From a virus (taxonomy: Duplodnaviria > Caudoviricetes), in the IMG/VR virus record IMGVR_UViG_3300021475_000012, positions 1 through 62,037 of that record: a DNA stretch of 62,037 bases. One strand, 5' to 3'. The translations under genes were made by a program, and so were the position numbers. The notes beneath the pieces were generated by a model. It made no database searches. It had not been told where the DNA came from and was given only the letters and a program-made list of their open reading frames with translations. How positions within the stretch are numbered: position 1 is the stretch's first letter; each line of letters begins with the position of its first letter. Below are positions 57,095 through 62,037 of the stretch, piece by piece.

Positions 57095-57349
57095 TTAGTT
57101 ACCCAGGACCTCAACGATTTCATTCACCATGGCGGCGCTAGAGGTGAACGTGATGATGCTGGTGCCGGGGATGGTCCCCTGGGCGGAAACAGCGGCAGTG
57201 ATCAGGCTGCCGGGGTTGGTGTCGATCTTCATCACGTTGAAGTAGCCAATCTGGAGAAAGTCCCCGCTATTGCCGGAGATGTTATAGATCTGGTCCCGTA
57301 AGCTTCCATCGACGTTGTATTTGACTTTGTTGACGGTGACTGCGGCCAT
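57095..57349 (-). CDS. Small virion protein
   Basis: AAGGAG SD, position. Confidence 0.65.
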   Translation of the reverse strand: MAAVTVNKVKYNVDGSLRDQIYNISGNSGDFLQIGYFNVMKIDTNPGSLITAAVSAQGTIPGTSIITFTSSAAMVNEIVEVLGN

Positions 57350-57360
57350 AATCTTTCTCC

Positions 57361-57891
57361 TTATGGGATGTTTCCGATGTCGATATCCGCGCCGCAGTTG
57401 CCGCCGGTAGTGGCAGAGACCACAACACCGATAACCTGGGTGCCGGGGTAGGTAGCTACCGCAGTGCCAAGGGCATCGGCGTTGGTGCCGGTGTTGGCAG
57501 TGAGCAGCATGCCGCCCGCCGCCGCGCCCGCTTCCTTCACCGGGATGTTGTATCCCCGGATCAGGATGAAGAAGCCAGCACCAGGAGGAACCGTGCCGCG
57601 AATGATGCCAGCCACGTTGTTGCGGAAGCTGGTGGCCACGCCACCCAGGTTGGCCTGGGTACTGACGTTGGTCACGATATAGTTGGCGCGGTCAGCCCAG
57701 AAGCACAGCTGGTTCGCCGCCCCGGCATTGGAGCCAGCGGCGAGGGTGACCTTCATGTAGGTCCGGTTGTTATAGTCCCAGGCCGTGCCAAGATCGCCAC
57801 CGGCATAACCGGGGGTTGATGTTTCCACGGCGGTATCGGGATTGCCGGTCTGGCCAAGAAAGGGAACAAGGGATCGATTTACGTTTGGCAT
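57361..57891 (-). CDS. Capsid decoration/cement-like protein
   Basis: Directly after the capsid gene; G/A/T-rich beta protein. Confidence 0.6.
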   Translation of the reverse strand: MPNVNRSLVPFLGQTGNPDTAVETSTPGYAGGDLGTAWDYNNRTYMKVTLAAGSNAGAANQLCFWADRANYIVTNVSTQANLGGVATSFRNNVAGIIRGTVPPGAGFFILIRGYNIPVKEAGAAAGGMLLTANTGTNADALGTAVATYPGTQVIGVVVSATTGGNCGADIDIGNIP

Positions 57892-57906
57892 GTTAGTCTC
57901 CTCTCC

Positions 57907-59016
57907 TTAGCTGGCGAATCCATAGATCTGTTTGTGGTAACGGGGGTGGACCGTTAAGTTATGGGCTAAGAGGACTTGGCCCACGAGAGTCGTGTTGTTC
58001 GCCGCTGGAACGAAATCGCGGAAGCCGCCGCCGAAGGTGGCATCGGTCGAGACGTAGTAGTTCAGGAAGGGCTTGCGGGCATTGAGGATGAACAGCACTT
58101 CCCGGTTGTTACTGAGCAGGCCGTCCGGGTAAGCGGTGATCGCGCCATTAGAGGTTTCCGTAAGGAAAGTGGTCGCCACCGGATCGTTGGTGCCCGCACC
58201 GGCAGGACCGGTCAGGTAGGAACCGGGGCAGTAGCGGGAAGCCACCATGACCGCGCCATTGAAGCTCAGGCCCCGGAAGCCCACGCCCACGTCCAGCTTC
58301 ACGTCCTGGAAGCGTTGCTGCGTCTGGAACTTGGTCTTCACATAGGAGAAGCCCTTGGGCGTGGTCACCATGATATTGGCTTCGTATTGGCCGGAGCCGT
58401 AGAAGCAATCCATGTAACCGGAGTCGATGATGTCGTACTCGATGGAGCCGCCGTTCAGGTTGACGGGGACCGAAGTGAGGGAGGGACTGTAAGTGGCGCG
58501 GGTCAGGCTACCGTAGGTGGGGTAGACGTTGTTGTCCCAGCTGAAGGTTGAGCCGTCGTTGAGGGCTTCGGCCAGACCGTTGATGTTGGGGACAAAACCG
58601 GCGGTGATTCCGTTCATGTAGGTGCCGATAGAGACCATGGCACCAAGAGACATGTAGCCCTGGTCCACGCGGGCCTTCAGGAGCTTGATGGCCGCGAGGT
58701 CGCCCTTGTTCAGGACCTGGATATCTTCCTGATAGAGGGTTACGGAAATCTGCTGGTACTTCAGGTCGAAGCGCAGCTGCTGCTCAGTCTGACGCTGCGA
58801 GACGTTGAAGTTCTTGCCCTTCAAATACGCCCCGCCAATCATACTGGCATAGAGGAAGTCTTCGTTGATCGTGGAGCCGCCGGTGAAGTCTTCCCGCAGG
58901 TTCTGGCGCAAGAAGTAATTCAACGGGTCCTGGTTATAGATATCGTCCACCAAAGCCGGGTTTTTACGGATATAGCGTCTGGTGGTGACGTTAATCTGGT
59001 CTAGATTGTCAGGCAT
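57907..59016 (-). CDS. Major capsid protein
   Basis: 369 aa after the scaffold; LVDDIY, GGSTI, INGLAE, GFRGLSFNG. Confidence 0.85.
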   Translation of the reverse strand: MPDNLDQINVTTRRYIRKNPALVDDIYNQDPLNYFLRQNLREDFTGGSTINEDFLYASMIGGAYLKGKNFNVSQRQTEQQLRFDLKYQQISVTLYQEDIQVLNKGDLAAIKLLKARVDQGYMSLGAMVSIGTYMNGITAGFVPNINGLAEALNDGSTFSWDNNVYPTYGSLTRATYSPSLTSVPVNLNGGSIEYDIIDSGYMDCFYGSGQYEANIMVTTPKGFSYVKTKFQTQQRFQDVKLDVGVGFRGLSFNGAVMVASRYCPGSYLTGPAGAGTNDPVATTFLTETSNGAITAYPDGLLSNNREVLFILNARKPFLNYYVSTDATFGGGFRDFVPAANNTTLVGQVLLAHNLTVHPRYHKQIYGFAS

Positions 59017-59058
59017 TTAGATTCTCCCAAGCCCCGGCTTCGGTGTCACCAGGACTCA

Positions 59059-59781
59059 CTAAGGTTTCGCGGGAACGCTGCGCCAAGCGTTCAGTAAGTC
59101 TTGATCCATATCCTTGGGCGCTTCCTCCCCCTTGCGATAGAGGGGGGACTGTTCGGCGGGGACCGTCTCCGTAGGAAGCTGGTAGCGGGAGCGGAGGTCG
59201 CGTTCGATCTCCTCGCGCTGTTGCTTCTTCCACTCTTCCTGGGACGCCTTTTCCTGCTCCTGGACGCGGGGTTGTATGTACTTCTCATAAGCCGCAGTCA
59301 GGGGAAGATTGTTTTCCATCGCAATCTTGTCGATGGCCGCGAAGTCGGGCTCGTCCTTGAAGCGGACGGTGTGGCGGGCGGTGATTGCGGCAGTGTCCTT
59401 GATGACGCTGGCGAAACGCTGGCCTGCTTCGGCGCGTTCCTGCAACATGATACGGGCCATGTCTTCGCGGGAGATGTACTTAGTCGCGTCGAACTGGGGC
59501 TGGCCACCGGTTGCCCGATAGGCAGTCAGTTCCTCCATGGCTTTGGTGTATTCCGCAGCCATGCGGTCGTACTCGCCCTTCGCCTGGGGATACCAGTCCT
59601 GGTATTGCTTCACGCGCCCTACCTGGGCGTTGTAGTCCTCAGTCGCGGTTTTCACCAGGGCGTTGAGCTTCGGGCTGAGCTTCTCGTTCGCATAGATCTT
59701 CTCCAGCGCGGCGGTGACCTGATCGTCAGAAAGGCCAGCGGCGGCTAGTTCGGAGACCATCAACTCTTTAAAAGTGTTCAT
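59059..59781 (-). CDS. Capsid scaffolding protein
   Basis: Charged coiled-coil protein just upstream of the capsid gene. Confidence 0.7.
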   Translation of the reverse strand: MNTFKELMVSELAAAGLSDDQVTAALEKIYANEKLSPKLNALVKTATEDYNAQVGRVKQYQDWYPQAKGEYDRMAAEYTKAMEELTAYRATGGQPQFDATKYISREDMARIMLQERAEAGQRFASVIKDTAAITARHTVRFKDEPDFAAIDKIAMENNLPLTAAYEKYIQPRVQEQEKASQEEWKKQQREEIERDLRSRYQLPTETVPAEQSPLYRKGEEAPKDMDQDLLNAWRSVPAKP

Positions 59782-59787
59782 AAGTTC

Positions 59788-60120
59788 CTATTGCGTTGGG
59801 GGAGGCGGCGGAAGCGCAGTCGGATTCTGGCCCATCCCAGTGATCGCGGGACCAGTGGGACCTCCAGCCGGGGACGCGCCTGCGGCGGCTCCTAACGCAT
59901 CGGGTACGGCCATGCGCAGCTGGGAGATCATCTGCGCACACATGGGGAGAAGAGAGGGCATGCCAGAGGCAAGCTTCTTCAACCCGTCTTCGACTTGCTG
60001 CACTGCCTGCATGGAGGTGGACATGCCACCAGAGAATGCAGACGCGCCGGAAGGGGTGTCCGGGTCGCCCTTGGAAGTATCTCCGATATCCGGGGGCAAC
60101 GGTGGTAGCGAGGTAGGCAT
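59788..60120 (-). CDS. Small Pro/Gly-rich protein
   Basis: ORF track, position. Confidence 0.6.
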   Translation of the reverse strand: MPTSLPPLPPDIGDTSKGDPDTPSGASAFSGGMSTSMQAVQQVEDGLKKLASGMPSLLPMCAQMISQLRMAVPDALGAAAGASPAGGPTGPAITGMGQNPTALPPPPPTQ

Positions 60121-60203
60121 TTCGATGTTACTGAATTGATTTATAGCGTGGGGAGGAACGGGGCTTAAACTTACAGTAGTAGGGGAAGTTACTTTGTAAC
60201 TGG

Positions 60204-60800
60204 CTATTCCGGCGGGGGCGGCAGGTAATTCACCTTGGATCGAACAAAGGGAATAGGCTGTTCCAGCGTCCTGAAGTCTGTCAAGTGCTTGATCACGGCA
60301 TCCCTGGACTTCTTGTCCTGCAAGAGGTTTCGCAGGTTGGAAAGAACCGCACGTTGGTAGGTAGCGATGGCTTCAGACTGGGGGCTGCGCACCATCTCCG
60401 CATCCTGCGGCCTCACCAGATTCTCAAACCAGGGCATCTTCCTGGTCAGCACATCGTTAACGTAGGAATCCGCATTGGAGTTAACAAGGTGATGCACCAT
60501 GACATCGGTGAGCCCACGGCGAACCGGATTCGACTGTTTGTATTTGACATAGTGGTGCAAGATGTCATCGGGATCGATGCCCAGTGCGCCGGTAAGCATT
60601 CCCTGAGCCTGCTCCCGCGTATTCTGGTCCGGTGCTGGACCAGCCAGGGCTTCCATGAAATTGTTGATCTTGTCATCCATGATCGGGCGCAACCGGTCCA
60701 TCTCCTGCCCATAGGCGCTAACAGGTGGGTCGTTGCCAGCCAGAGTATTCGCTATGCCGGATTGCTGGTCGGGAGGTGCGGGCATGCCCTGCGGCGACAT
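60204..60800 (-). CDS. Hypothetical protein
   Basis: AAGGAG SD after the portal stop. Confidence 0.65.
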   Translation of the reverse strand: MSPQGMPAPPDQQSGIANTLAGNDPPVSAYGQEMDRLRPIMDDKINNFMEALAGPAPDQNTREQAQGMLTGALGIDPDDILHHYVKYKQSNPVRRGLTDVMVHHLVNSNADSYVNDVLTRKMPWFENLVRPQDAEMVRSPQSEAIATYQRAVLSNLRNLLQDKKSRDAVIKHLTDFRTLEQPIPFVRSKVNYLPPPPE

Positions 60801-60802
60801 AA

Positions 60803-61898
60803 CTAGCTCTCCTTAGTAACTACTCGCGGGGGAGCCTGGGCCGAAGCCTTGCGCCCAGCGGCGTTGATATCGCCGGAAAGGCCCATCTGTTGCTGGTAGA
60901 GGATGCGCTCCGGGATGGTTCGCACGTTGTCCGGGAGGACGCCGATGTTGGGGATGCCCAGGACTTCCCAGAGGGTGAAGATGTCCATCCAACCGGCGCG
61001 GGTGAGTTGCAGGTAGATCATCTTCTGCTCCACCTGGGCTGAGTTCAGCCAGGAACCGGGAGTGATCTTGAAGACGAAGCGCCGGAGGAATTCCTTGGCA
61101 CGGTCCCAGCGCGGCATAGGGCCGCGCAGGATGGCTTCGGGGCTGATCGAGCCGTCTGCCCCGTAATCGGCATCGTGAACGAAATCGGGGATCATGGAGC
61201 CGGGGTCGAAGTCGAAGTCGTCCTGGGTGACGCCACCGGGGCCTAGCTCTACAACCCGCATGGGCAGGGTGTAGAACTGCGAGAAGTTATATGCCAATTG
61301 CATGGCTAACTCGCGGGTGAAGGCTTCCAGGATGCGGGAACGCATGCGGATCGCCGGGGTCATCTGGTGGATGATGGCTTCGACAGAGTCGTTAGAAGGA
61401 AGCTGCTTCAGCCCCATCAGCTGCTCGATGGCGCTAACTCCGCTTAGCTCGTCCATTTCAGTCTGAATCCACTTGATGTGCTCCCAGATCGATTGGTCGA
61501 GAGGGGGCGGGGTGATGATTTGGATTCCCTTACCGGCGAGGGGGTTTTGATAGATCTTATAGCCCGCTCTCCTGGTGTCGAAGCTATCGAACTGGGAGCG
61601 CGAGACGCTGTTCTTATCATGAATCGACCCCGGCTGGGCCACCTGCGCCGCATGGTCGTCCACCACCCGGAGGAGACGGTTGAGCGATGTCTGCAGCCGC
61701 AGGAGGTCCCAGACCGGAGCCTTCCCTAGCCATGTCCAGGGGTAGGGATTCAAGGTCAGTTTCAGGATCGGGAAGTGGCCATGCCAGTAGTAACTGGGGC
61801 CGTCATAAAGCATATGCTGGCCTACCCAGGAAATGGTGCGGCGGTTGGGATAGAGCTTGTCGCCCAGTTCCACTTTGTAGGACCAGTTGTTGACCGGC
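60803..61898 (-). CDS. Portal protein, C-terminal part
   Basis: DGPSYYWHGHFP, LQTSLNR, DELSGVS, ITPGS; continues from 887..1. Confidence 0.85.
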
Positions 61899-62037
61899 TT
61901 GCCGTCTTCCCAGGTGCCCATCTGGATGGGCTTGCCGGTGTAGTCGTCGCCCATGTCCTTGCGGGTGTTCCGCCGGTCGTCCTTCAGGTAGCAGGTATAG
62001 AGGGTGACGGAGGGAATACGGGGCGGTTGGGTGGCGG
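61899..62037. repeat. Terminal overlap (circular assembly), copy 2
   Basis: Duplicate of 1-139. Confidence 0.97.

Noticed and set aside
62025-62037. Divergence between the two terminal copies
   Set aside because: Three changes, all to G, in the last 13 nt; most likely read-end errors

Overview
The window looks like one complete, circularly assembled genome of a temperate, podovirus-like tailed phage. Bases 1-139 recur at 61899-62037, giving a unit length of about 61,898 bp, and the portal gene runs across the join. Modules: packaging (candidate TerS, and a TerL split into separate ATPase and nuclease genes); integration (attP-like arm repeats, tyrosine integrase, Xis-like gene); a leftward block of small genes with a displaced beta-helix depolymerase; a rightward array of about 20 small genes at 19.5-27 kb, ten preceded by a conserved (ATCGA)AAGGACAC leader, ending in a second tyrosine recombinase; regulation/replication/recombination (Cro/C1 HTH, ParB, AAA+ ATPase, PD-(D/E)XK nucleases, AAA_24/Sak4-like ATPase, ERCC4 nuclease); and a minus-strand virion operon (portal, scaffold, capsid, adaptors, repeat-expanded nozzle, tail fibres, ejection proteins). 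Several small proteins resemble Acidobacteriota families, so that host phylum is inferred. I recognised no DNA polymerase, primase, endolysin, tRNA, CRISPR array or reverse transcriptase. All product calls come from reading motifs and gene order by eye; no searches were run.
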